A stretch of DNA of 31,850 nucleotides, taken from IMG/VR virus record IMGVR_UViG_3300044541_000026, positions 1-31,850 of that record; one strand, written 5' to 3'. The translations under genes were made by a program, and so were the position numbers. The notes under the pieces are model-generated. The model was not told where the DNA came from and did no database searches. It saw only the letters and a list, made by a program, of their open reading frames with translations. This stretch comes from a virus (lineage: Duplodnaviria; Caudoviricetes). Shown piece after piece: positions 15,290 through 22,923 of the stretch. How positions within the stretch are numbered: the stretch's first letter is position 1; every line of letters begins with the position of its first letter.

Positions 15290-16546
15290 CTAGCGGATCG
15301 CGGCGACCAGTTCCATCGCCTCGAACGCCTTCGACTCCAGGCGGTTCGCGTCGTCGCCGTCGTCGAGCGTCTGCGCCACCGACGTCATCGCGTTGCCCAC
15401 GCCACCCGAGGTCATCTGACCGCCGAGGATGAAGTGCGACAGCAACGCATCCGCGGTCGACTGGTCGAAGGCGAACTTCTGGGCGACGATCTCGATCGCC
15501 TTGGGCGCGTCCGTGACGATCGCACCCGCGGCCGCCTCGACACGCGCTGTCGCGTCCGCCAAGTACTCGGGGCTCAGGAACGTCGTCACCGCGTCGCGCG
15601 CCTGCTTCTTGATCAGTTCGATCTGCGCCTCACGCGTGTCGTCGGCCCACCGGATGACACCCTCATCGAGTTTGCTGCCAACGTGGATCTTCGATGCGGC
15701 GTCGGCGTTGATCGTCATGCCGTTCGTGCAGATCTGCAGGGTGATCCGGGGCGTGATCGAGAACTTGCCCTGACCCGTCTCGCTATTGGACACGACGAAT
15801 CCGGCGAACATGATCGGCAGCGATGGGCCGTCGCCATCATTGCCCCACAGGCGCGTCGCGCCGCCCGGGCGGAATGGTGAGCGGTAGCTCTCGGTCAGGA
15901 CCGGTGCGAGCGCGGTGACGCCTGGGGCGCTGACGCGCACGTACATGCGACGCTCGGTCAGATCCGCCCCGTCGATGTGGACGTCGGCACCCGAATCCTG
16001 GATGCCCTGCAGCGTCGCCATCAACACGTCAAGGTTGTCGATCGGCTTGTACGAGTCCGACAGGACCGCCCGGACCACGCCACGACCATCGACGTCGCCA
16101 CGCACCAGGCGCAGCAGGAACTTGCGGGGGTCCGCCGCGCGGCCCGGGTATGTCTCGGGCACGTCATCGCCGAACATCGCCCGGAACTGATCCGCGGCGC
16201 TCGTGTCGATCCCGACCAGCCATCCGTTGACGTTGCGATCCCACAGGTCGACCGCGGTCGCGTGCATCGTGCGCATGTACTGCAGCGGGATCTTCAACAC
16301 GTAGGCAAGCTGGGCCTCGGCCGATCCGGTGATCGAATACGTGCCCCACGACGGGGTGACGCCGTCCGCGTCGATGACGCCATCGGCGCCGGCGACCATC
16401 AGTCGCCCCATGTGGGCGGTGATCGCGGTCGCTGGGGTGACGATGTCGAGCGCCCGGGTGCGCTGCTCGGTGAGCAACTTCGCGACCGATGCCAGGTCAG
16501 CGTTGCGGACGGATTCGGTGGTGCCGTAGGTGGTGGTCGTGGTCAT
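15290..16546 (-). CDS. DUF932-like protein
   Basis: RAVLSDSYKPIDN, VSNSETG.G and LQICTNGM motifs; GGGAGG RBS. Confidence 0.8.
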   Translation of the reverse strand: MTTTTTYGTTESVRNADLASVAKLLTEQRTRALDIVTPATAITAHMGRLMVAGADGVIDADGVTPSWGTYSITGSAEAQLAYVLKIPLQYMRTMHATAVDLWDRNVNGWLVGIDTSAADQFRAMFGDDVPETYPGRAADPRKFLLRLVRGDVDGRGVVRAVLSDSYKPIDNLDVLMATLQGIQDSGADVHIDGADLTERRMYVRVSAPGVTALAPVLTESYRSPFRPGGATRLWGNDGDGPSLPIMFAGFVVSNSETGQGKFSITPRITLQICTNGMTINADAASKIHVGSKLDEGVIRWADDTREAQIELIKKQARDAVTTFLSPEYLADATARVEAAAGAIVTDAPKAIEIVAQKFAFDQSTADALLSHFILGGQMTSGGVGNAMTSVAQTLDDGDDANRLESKAFEAMELVAAIR

Positions 16547-16567
16547 GACGTTCCCTCCCATGGGGAT

Positions 16568-16804
16568 TTAGGCCGCCTCGGTGTTCCGGGGCAGCAAGCG
16601 ACCGACGGGGACAACCAGCGCCGCGGCGATGCGTTCGACATCGTTGAGGTCGAACGCTTGGATGCCGCGGATGCGTCGGCTGATCCACATCTCGGATACG
16701 CCGAGCTGGTCAGCCAGCCATGCCGCCGTGCGCACCTGGGCGCGTAGTTCGTTGCGCACCGCCGCGCCGACGTAGGTGGTGAGGTGTCCCGGTCGCTCGT
16801 TCAT
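16568..16804 (-). CDS. Cro/XRE-type HTH regulator
   Basis: AWLADQLGVSEMWISRRIRG...FDLNDVERIAAAL; first gene of the divergent early operon. Confidence 0.85.
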   Translation of the reverse strand: MNERPGHLTTYVGAAVRNELRAQVRTAAWLADQLGVSEMWISRRIRGIQAFDLNDVERIAAALVVPVGRLLPRNTEAA

Positions 16805-16963
16805 AACGCCTAGTGTTGCATCAATATCGGACAATCGTGCCGTCGAGTGTGCCATTAATCGCACCAGGCGCGATAACACCCGGTGAAATAGGCCCACATC
16901 CTAACGCCACGCGTTACGCTTGCGATGCAACGCACGCACGAATCAACCACCCGGAGGCGCACG
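16805..16963. promoter_or_regulatory. Divergent promoter/operator region
   Basis: Lower GC; GTTGCATC (16815) and GATGCAAC (16924) form an inverted pair; palindrome TAACGC-CAC-GCGTTA (16902-16916) overlaps the -10-like TACGCT. Confidence 0.65.
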
Positions 16964-17347
16964 ATGACCAGCACCCGCACCCAGCTACTAAGCCACCTGA
17001 CCGAAGCCGGCTACAAGTCCTACATCGGTAGCGTCACGAGCGACCGCGGCCACTGCCAGCGCTTCGACCTGGGCATCCCCGGTGTCGGCACCCTTCGCGT
17101 CAGCGTGTATCGCAGCGATGGCGACAGCGTCCAGGTCGATGCGCTGGACACCCACGACGCCGGCGAGTGGGGCGTCAGCTTCAGCCCGAACACGCCCGAT
17201 CAGGTGATCGTCAGCGCGCTCATCGGCGCCGGCTCACGCCGCTATCGCACCGCAGAGTGGGCGCAGGCCCGGGCCCGCTGGGACTCAGCATTCAGCGCCA
17301 CCCTCGGCCGCAACGTGACCATCCCGCAGAACGACGACAACCGCTGA
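16964..17347 (+). CDS. Hypothetical protein
   Basis: GGAGG RBS; 127 aa; GC3-rich codons. Confidence 0.8.
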   Translation: MTSTRTQLLSHLTEAGYKSYIGSVTSDRGHCQRFDLGIPGVGTLRVSVYRSDGDSVQVDALDTHDAGEWGVSFSPNTPDQVIVSALIGAGSRRYRTAEWAQARARWDSAFSATLGRNVTIPQNDDNR

Positions 17348-17360
17348 TCGCAAAACGAAC

Positions 17361-17391
17361 GGGGCGGCGACCCTCCGAAGGTCGCCGCCCC
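17361..17391. terminator. Perfect 12-bp hairpin
   Basis: GGGGCGGCGACC-CTCCGAA-GGTCGCCGCCCC; a T-rich tail follows on the minus strand. Confidence 0.7.
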
Positions 17392-17425
17392 TTCACCGCC
17401 CCCTACACGACCCGAGGAGATCGCA

Positions 17426-17752
17426 GTGACCATGATGACGACCGATCCCGCCCCCCGCAACGACGCGAGCCCGACCGCCAGGCGCGACCTGTCGGACAAG
17501 CCCGTGCGGAAGACCGTCGAGACGGACACGTACGCCGAGTTCATGCGCCGCGCCGTGCGCGCCTACAGCCGACGCGTCGGTGATGGCGACGTTGAGGCGC
17601 TGCGCTCGCTGTGCGCGTTCCGCGCCGAGGTCGACAAGGCCATCGACGACGCGGTGTCGTCGCTTCATGCGTTCGGCTACTCGTGGTCGGAGATCGCGTC
17701 CCGGCTCGACATCACCAAGCAGTCGGCCTATGACCGCTGGGGCAAGAAATGA
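17426..17752 (+). CDS. HTH DNA-binding protein
   Basis: GYSWSEIASRLDITKQSAYDRWG HTH; CCGAGGAG RBS. Confidence 0.85.
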   Translation: MTMMTTDPAPRNDASPTARRDLSDKPVRKTVETDTYAEFMRRAVRAYSRRVGDGDVEALRSLCAFRAEVDKAIDDAVSSLHAFGYSWSEIASRLDITKQSAYDRWGKK

Positions 17753-18300
17753 GAGATCACGCGTACGCCGCGCTCGTCGATCGGTTCGGTGCCTGGGTGT
17801 CGATCCACGCGAACAATGTCGACGACGGAATCACCTGCCCACCCGAATGCCCGATGCCGATCTGTGCCGGGCCAGCCCACCAGGAGGTCACCATGAGCAT
17901 CCTTTGCACGAACCCACGCCACGACCACACGACCACCGTCACCCGCGACGGGTTCGATACGCCACCGATCCCGATGCTGTGCAACCACTGCGGCGTGCCC
18001 ACCCACTACGACGAGACCATTGAGGACTATCAGCACGATCGCGTCAGTGACGATTGTTTCCTCGTGCATGCGCGCGATAACGCGTCCCCGTGCGTCGAGC
18101 CCGTTCCGCTCTACCCGGGTGTCCGCGTCCGGCTCGTCGGCCAGGACGGCAACGTGTTCGGCATCATCGGCGCCGTCTCCCGGGCGCTGCGCGTACAGGT
18201 CGGCATGGACGCCGAGCGCACGTTTCACCGCGCAGCGTTCGACGCCGCCACCTACGACGATGTCCTTCGCATCGTGATGCGCACCGTGGACGTGGTCTAG
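17749..18300 (+). CDS. Modular hypothetical protein with a C-terminal LxGQDGN phage domain; strong in-frame internal start at 17893
   Basis: ATGA overlap; AGGAGGT before the ATG at 17893; VRLVGQDGNVFGIIG.V.RAL...YDDVL. Confidence 0.75.
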   Translation: MRDHAYAALVDRFGAWVSIHANNVDDGITCPPECPMPICAGPAHQEVTMSILCTNPRHDHTTTVTRDGFDTPPIPMLCNHCGVPTHYDETIEDYQHDRVSDDCFLVHARDNASPCVEPVPLYPGVRVRLVGQDGNVFGIIGAVSRALRVQVGMDAERTFHRAAFDAATYDDVLRIVMRTVDVV

Positions 18301-18402
18301 GTGAAACACCGCCTCACGATCATCACCGCCGCGGTGCTGGCCCTGCTCTGCCCGGCCATCACCGCGCACGCGGTGAACCTGTATTGCGTGAGTGCGCTGT
18401 GA
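18301..18402 (+). CDS. 33-aa hydrophobic peptide
   Basis: GTG start directly after the upstream stop; MKHRLTIITAAVLALLCPAITAHAVNLYCVSAL; GTGA overlap downstream. Confidence 0.5.
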   Translation: MKHRLTIITAAVLALLCPAITAHAVNLYCVSAL

Positions 18403-18635
18403 CGCGGCACCGGATCGCCAACGACTCGACCGCGTCCGCGGTGGTCCTGATGGCGACGTTGCACGCGGCGATCATCGAGCCCGACACGCTCGGCGAACTG
18501 CTGCCAACGCTGACCGACTTCGAGCTGGACGCGTTGCACGAGATCAGCGACCACCTGCACCAGTCATGCACGAGCGAGCGCGTCCGGCGCTCGTGGGGAA
18601 TCCACCGCACAACCCAACCGAGGAGACACACATGA
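18399..18635 (+). CDS. Hypothetical helical protein
   Basis: GTGA and ATGA overlaps; 78 aa. Confidence 0.6.
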   Translation: MTRHRIANDSTASAVVLMATLHAAIIEPDTLGELLPTLTDFELDALHEISDHLHQSCTSERVRRSWGIHRTTQPRRHT

Positions 18636-18958
18636 TCATCCGACGCATCATCCTGACGTGCGTCAGCGTCGCCGCCGTAGCGGCGTCGCTGGGCGCAACG
18701 TCGAACTGCAGCGGGGGCGGCAACGGCGACAGCAAGCCCCAGCCCACCCGCACCACCACCGTCGGCCCGCCCGGCACCGGCTCGCCGTCGCTGATCACCG
18801 AGGACACCACCGTGGTGTTCCCCGCCAACCAGGCCGAGACCGACTACGCGATCGCGCACGGCGCTACGTGGATTTGTGGCGACAGCGGCATGTCGTACAT
18901 CAAGACGCCGGGCGCGTGCGTTGGCCACGGTGGCCCGGCAGAGGTGGTGCGGCGATGA
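18632..18958 (+). CDS. Secreted or lipoprotein-like protein with Cys-containing C-terminal domain
   Basis: Signal-like N-terminus ending LGATSNC; C-terminal WICGDSG...GACVGHGG. Confidence 0.7.
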   Translation: MIIRRIILTCVSVAAVAASLGATSNCSGGGNGDSKPQPTRTTTVGPPGTGSPSLITEDTTVVFPANQAETDYAIAHGATWICGDSGMSYIKTPGACVGHGGPAEVVRR

Positions 18959-19200
18959 TCCGCGTGACCTACAGCGTCCACTGCGAACTGGGGCCCCGCC
19001 GCGGAGGCGCCTCATGCATGGGCTGGATCGCCCACGCGCTCACCCGCCGGGAGGCCCTCGCGATCGCGAAGCGAGCCCGGTGGGAACGCATCACCGACCC
19101 TGACGACCAGGGCCAAACCATCGACGCCTGCCCGCCGTGCGCGTTCAACGTCAAGCTGGCAGCGACCAAGGCAACACAACCCGAGAGGACCACGTCATGA
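18955..19200 (+). CDS. Small Zn-finger protein
   Basis: VHC...C...AR.W...DACPPC; ATGA overlaps. Confidence 0.75.
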   Translation: MIRVTYSVHCELGPRRGGASCMGWIAHALTRREALAIAKRARWERITDPDDQGQTIDACPPCAFNVKLAATKATQPERTTS

Positions 19201-19826
19201 CCATCGACCCGCACACCAACGAGCCCAGGACCCGCCAGTTCGAGCCCATGCACGACACCGCACGGACCGGTGACCCGCTGATCGCGCCGACCCGACCGAT
19301 GCCGACGATGGCGACCACCCCACCGGCACCCGTGCCGCGACGTCGCCCGCGTCGTTGGGGCGCCCATATCGTGTGGGCGTTCGTGAGCGTCGCCGCGCTC
19401 GGCATTGGCATCGCCATAGGCCCGGGAGGTTCTGACGCCCCAGCGTCGCCCACGGCTGGCGTGGCGGCACTCCCAGCGCCAACCGTCACCGTTACCGAGA
19501 CGGCGGCGGCGTCCGCTGCGCCCGTCGTGCCGGTGGCGCCCGCCACACCAGCGAAGCCAGCGCCCGCCGCGCCCGCGTCGTTCACCGATGACGGTGGCGA
19601 CGTGACCGGCGTCGTCGGCGATGACCTGCCCGCTGGCAAGTGGGAGATCCGCGGCGCCGACCCGCAATGCTTCTACATGACCGATCGGAAGCCATCCAAC
19701 GACGACACCATCGACAGCACGAACACCGGCTATGGCGGCGGCCACCACACAGTTCACCTCAAGGCCGGCGAATCGTTCGAGTCGCAGGGCTGCGTCGCCC
19801 GGTGGGTCAGGACCGGCACTCGATGA
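19197..19826 (+). CDS. Membrane-anchored extracytoplasmic protein
   Basis: RRRPRR then a TM helix, a P/T/A linker and a VGDDLPAGKW...CFY...FESQGC..W domain. Confidence 0.8.
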   Translation: MTIDPHTNEPRTRQFEPMHDTARTGDPLIAPTRPMPTMATTPPAPVPRRRPRRWGAHIVWAFVSVAALGIGIAIGPGGSDAPASPTAGVAALPAPTVTVTETAAASAAPVVPVAPATPAKPAPAAPASFTDDGGDVTGVVGDDLPAGKWEIRGADPQCFYMTDRKPSNDDTIDSTNTGYGGGHHTVHLKAGESFESQGCVARWVRTGTR

Positions 19827-19948
19827 AGATCATCGGCTACATCATGATCGGGATCGTGTGGCTGATCGGGGCGGCGCTGTCGCTCGCGACGACGGTCGCT
19901 GTGATCTGGCTGATCCTGGCTGGCATCAACTACCTCAACCGGCACTGA
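19823..19948 (+). CDS. 41-aa membrane peptide
   Basis: MKIIGYIMIGIVWLIGAALSLATTVAVIWLILAGINYLNRH; ATGA overlap. Confidence 0.7.
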   Translation: MKIIGYIMIGIVWLIGAALSLATTVAVIWLILAGINYLNRH

Positions 19949-20106
19949 CCACAGTCGTCATCCACCGCTTGTGGGCTGGGCGTCAACGCGTCATTACATG
20001 ATCCATCGCAAGACTGACGCGAAGGCCGCAGTCGATCTGGGAATCGGCGCCGGACCCCGCACCTCCACCGGACGCGGAACCTGCGCCCAGTCCACCCCAC
20101 AACGCA

Positions 20107-20161
20107 CCGAACGAGCGCCCCGCCAGCGTGGACCAATCCGCCTGGCGGGGCGCTCGTTCGG
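20107..20161. terminator. Perfect 20-bp stem hairpin between convergent operons (bidirectional terminator candidate)
   Basis: CCGAACGAGCGCCCCGCCAG-N15-CTGGCGGGGCGCTCGTTCGG. Confidence 0.8.
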
Positions 20162-20180
20162 CGAGGTGCCGCCGCCGATG

Positions 20181-20609
20181 CTACGTGGGCGGCGATGCGG
20201 TCGCCTTGTCCAGCGCTCGCCGCTTCACGATCTGCTGCTCTAGTTCTGCGACCTTGGTCGTGGTCCGTGCGATCTCTACGCGTGTCTCCGGGTCCTGCTC
20301 GCGCCCGGCCTCCTCGTGCAGTCGGGCGACTTCGCGCAGCACGACCAGTTCGCGTCGCGTTGCGTCGAGCGTCGCCTCGATCGACGCCGTCAGGTTCCCA
20401 TCGACGAGCGTGTGGATCTTCTCGACGTGGACGGCGGTCTCCTTGGCGACGATGGCAGTCTCCTTCACCTGACGCGAGACGCGCAGGCCCTTGATGCCGG
20501 TGAGCACACCGCCGAGCGCGATCATAAACGCCAGGGTCCACGTTCCGGCAGCGTTGAGGATGCCCGCCATGGTGGACGGCGGGTCGGCCAGGTACAGGAT
20601 CATCAGCAC
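20181..20609 (-). CDS. Lysis-cassette membrane protein (one TM plus coiled coil)
   Basis: GTG after GAGGGAG; downstream of the holin. Confidence 0.75.
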   Translation of the reverse strand: MLMILYLADPPSTMAGILNAAGTWTLAFMIALGGVLTGIKGLRVSRQVKETAIVAKETAVHVEKIHTLVDGNLTASIEATLDATRRELVVLREVARLHEEAGREQDPETRVEIARTTTKVAELEQQIVKRRALDKATASPPT

Positions 20610-20627
20610 TTCTCCCTCTACACGCGC

Positions 20628-20669
20628 CGGCCGGCTGGGCAGCGCTTCTCGGCTATACCCAGCCGGCCG
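20628..20669. terminator. 12-bp stem hairpin between the holin and the next lysis gene
   Basis: CGGCCGGCTGGG-N18-CCCAGCCGGCCG. Confidence 0.6.
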
Positions 20670-20691
20670 ATAACCTCAACAAGAGGTGACT

Positions 20692-20952
20692 TCAGGACGT
20701 CGATGGCGGCTTCAGATAGCGCATGACGTAACTCACGCACGCCGTCACGACAGCGCTGCCCACGAGCACACCCACGCCCAGCCAGTATTCCTTGGTCCAT
20801 TGGAGTCCGCCGAACGCAACGGCAACCACCGGGCCGACGGCCACGAGCACCGCGGAGATGAGCCCTTGCACGAACGTCCGCAACGCACGGGACCGCGCGT
20901 CGATGTTGGCTGGCGCAGGCACCGGCAACGGCACTCCGCCGGGCTGCGTCAT
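20692..20952 (-). CDS. Holin (two TM)
   Basis: RALRTFVQG motif; two hydrophobic helices; ATGA overlap with the endolysin. Confidence 0.82.
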   Translation of the reverse strand: MTQPGGVPLPVPAPANIDARSRALRTFVQGLISAVLVAVGPVVAVAFGGLQWTKEYWLGVGVLVGSAVVTACVSYVMRYLKPPSTS

Positions 20953-21875
20953 GGCGTTGCGTCCTGCCCGAGCTTCACGATCGCCGCGACCAGTGCGTCG
21001 CGGAGCTCGTCCTGACTGATCTGCGCGTCGGGGCCCAGCGCCGCCACGACCGCCGCGGCGAGCGCCGTCGGGTCGGCGGCCGTCTGAGGCAGACCGGCGA
21101 CCTGAGCCTGCAGAGCGATGACCATGTTCCGGATCTGCGCGACGTCGAGCATCATCGTCCGGTCGGAGCGGCCCTCCAGCTTCTCCCAGACCTCGGTGGC
21201 GATGCCCTTCATTTCTGCGTTGGTAACCACTTCGTCCTCCGGTGAGCTGGGCCCGGCTTCGCCGAGCAGGAAGCCGCCGTAGTCGGCGACCGTTGCGGTG
21301 TCGTGGTCGAGGTCCTTGTTGAGCAGGGTGCCCCGCCCGGTCTGGATGATGTGCGCGCCGCGGTGGTCCCACGTCGTGGTGCCGGGTAGGTGGTTGCCGG
21401 CGAAGTCGCGGGACATCGACTGCCACCAGCGGGTGATGAAGCCGTCGGCGAGGAGCTGGCGGCCCAGCGCGCCGCAGGTGTAGGAGCCGAGCTGGTCGGC
21501 CGGGTACACGTCACGCCAGCCGCGTGCGTAGTTGTTGCGGGTGCCGGCGGTGTGGTTCGAGTCGATCGAGTAGTAGGTCATCGCCCAGGCGGGCACGCCC
21601 AGGCGGGCCAGGGCTGCCTTGTTCGCTAGGGCGTGTTCCTTGCCGGTGGCGCGGCTGTCGGGCGGATTGGGCGCCCACTCGAAGTTCGGGACGACGCGGA
21701 CGCCGGCGTCGCTCAGCGACACGAGCTCGGCCCGCTTGAGCTCCTTGTCGAAGTCCGCGCCCGGTGAGTCGAAGTTGACGGTGTACCGGCACGCGAACAC
21801 GATCCCGGCCGCCTTGAGCTGCGCGCCGGTGAAGCCGTGGTGCGAGTAGTCGACACCCTTGATCGCGACGGCCAT
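20949..21875 (-). CDS. Endolysin, DUF1906/Rv2525c-like glycoside hydrolase
   Basis: GVDYS...L.AAG..FACRY...K.L...E...NFE...YYSID...DLD.D; directly upstream of the holin. Confidence 0.85.
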   Translation of the reverse strand: MAVAIKGVDYSHHGFTGAQLKAAGIVFACRYTVNFDSPGADFDKELKRAELVSLSDAGVRVVPNFEWAPNPPDSRATGKEHALANKAALARLGVPAWAMTYYSIDSNHTAGTRNNYARGWRDVYPADQLGSYTCGALGRQLLADGFITRWWQSMSRDFAGNHLPGTTTWDHRGAHIIQTGRGTLLNKDLDHDTATVADYGGFLLGEAGPSSPEDEVVTNAEMKGIATEVWEKLEGRSDRTMMLDVAQIRNMVIALQAQVAGLPQTAADPTALAAAVVAALGPDAQISQDELRDALVAAIVKLGQDATP

Positions 21876-21913
21876 GCGGCCTCGCCTCCTCGGTTGGCTT
21901 GTATAGTAAACGT

Positions 21914-22450
21914 CTATAGCGGGATGACGCCCATCTCCCGGTTCGCGAACGAGCCCGTGCCGGACGTCACCCGGAACGACATCGTGAAAGTGTTGTTGCC
22001 CGGGGTCAGCGTCGTCATCATCATCAGCGCGCCGGCCCGCTGCTTGGATGTCCCGTCGGGCCCGATCGAGCGGGCGTCGGCGGCGGCGATCGTCGACGCA
22101 CCGGACACCGCGAACGATCCGAGGCTGGCGCCGGCGCCCGAGTTGACCGCATCCATGCGCAGGTGTACGAGCGCGTTAGCCCCGGTGGCGAGCGGGCCGA
22201 CCGCCGGCCCGTTCGTCGACGCGAGCGCGCTGGTGTAGGCGGTCGATGCGGTGGTGTCGAGGGTGCCGAGGAACGTCGATCCGGGGACGCGGACGGCGCC
22301 GGCGTTCGCGCCGGTCGAGATGAACATTTGGCCGGTGGCGGTGAACTTCGCGGCCGGGGTCTCCAGCATGTCGTCACGCATCGATGCGTTCCATTGCGCC
22401 GCGGTGAGAGCGGTGTTGGATACGGCGGTCAACGGAACGGTGTAGCCCAT
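21914..22450 (-). CDS. Minor tail protein
   Basis: YT.PLTAV....LTAAQWN...RD N-terminus; beta-rich C-terminus; last gene of the tail module. Confidence 0.75.
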   Translation of the reverse strand: MGYTVPLTAVSNTALTAAQWNASMRDDMLETPAAKFTATGQMFISTGANAGAVRVPGSTFLGTLDTTASTAYTSALASTNGPAVGPLATGANALVHLRMDAVNSGAGASLGSFAVSGASTIAAADARSIGPDGTSKQRAGALMMMTTLTPGNNTFTMSFRVTSGTGSFANREMGVIPL

Positions 22451-22452
22451 GG

Positions 22453-22923
22453 TCAGCCTCCCAGGATGATCGTGCCGGTCGCTGTGTCCTCAGGCGCGGG
22501 AGCGGGGACGAGGAGGCCGTCCTCGGAGATCATCAGGCCCAGGTCGTCGAGGCTGACCGCGCCGGCGCCCACGATCATCGCCCCGATCTGGTTGGCGAAG
22601 GTCCGCTGAGCCGCCTCCGCGTCCTGAGCCGCCTCCCACTCGGCGGCCAGGTCCTCGACCGTCTGGTCGACGGGCTCGCCCGTCAGCAGGTGAATCGGCG
22701 CCTCGCTCGGGCACCAGTTCCGTTTCGCCTCATCAGGTCGGCGGGCAAGCTCGTTCGAGATCGCGACGACGTCCTTCTCTGGCGGCCACACCACCGTCGA
22801 CCCGTGGCCCTTGGCGCAGACGATGCTGGTCTGCCCGACCGCCAGTTCACGGGCGTCGTTGCAGTAGGGGACCAGGCAGTCCGCGATCCAGCGACCTTGA
22901 TTCACTCGCGCGTACGTGTTCAT
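22453..22923 (-). CDS. Tail-module hypothetical protein with Zn-binding motif
   Basis: ARVN.GRWIADC....C...C..GH...WP...RRP....RNW.P; ATGA overlap. Confidence 0.8.
   Translation of the reverse strand: MNTYARVNQGRWIADCLVPYCNDARELAVGQTSIVCAKGHGSTVVWPPEKDVVAISNELARRPDEAKRNWCPSEAPIHLLTGEPVDQTVEDLAAEWEAAQDAEAAQRTFANQIGAMIVGAGAVSLDDLGLMISEDGLLVPAPAPEDTATGTIILGG

Noticed and set aside
19958-19980. DnaA-box-like TCATCCACC / TGTGGG
   Set aside because: Two or more mismatches to TT(A/G)TCCACA and no cluster of boxes.
19971-20243. 90-aa plus-strand ORF
   Set aside because: No RBS, runs through the 20-bp hairpin and overlaps the convergent gene.
20692-21426. 244-aa version of the holin
   Set aside because: The upstream part is an alternative frame of the endolysin; ATG at 20952 is coupled by an ATGA overlap.
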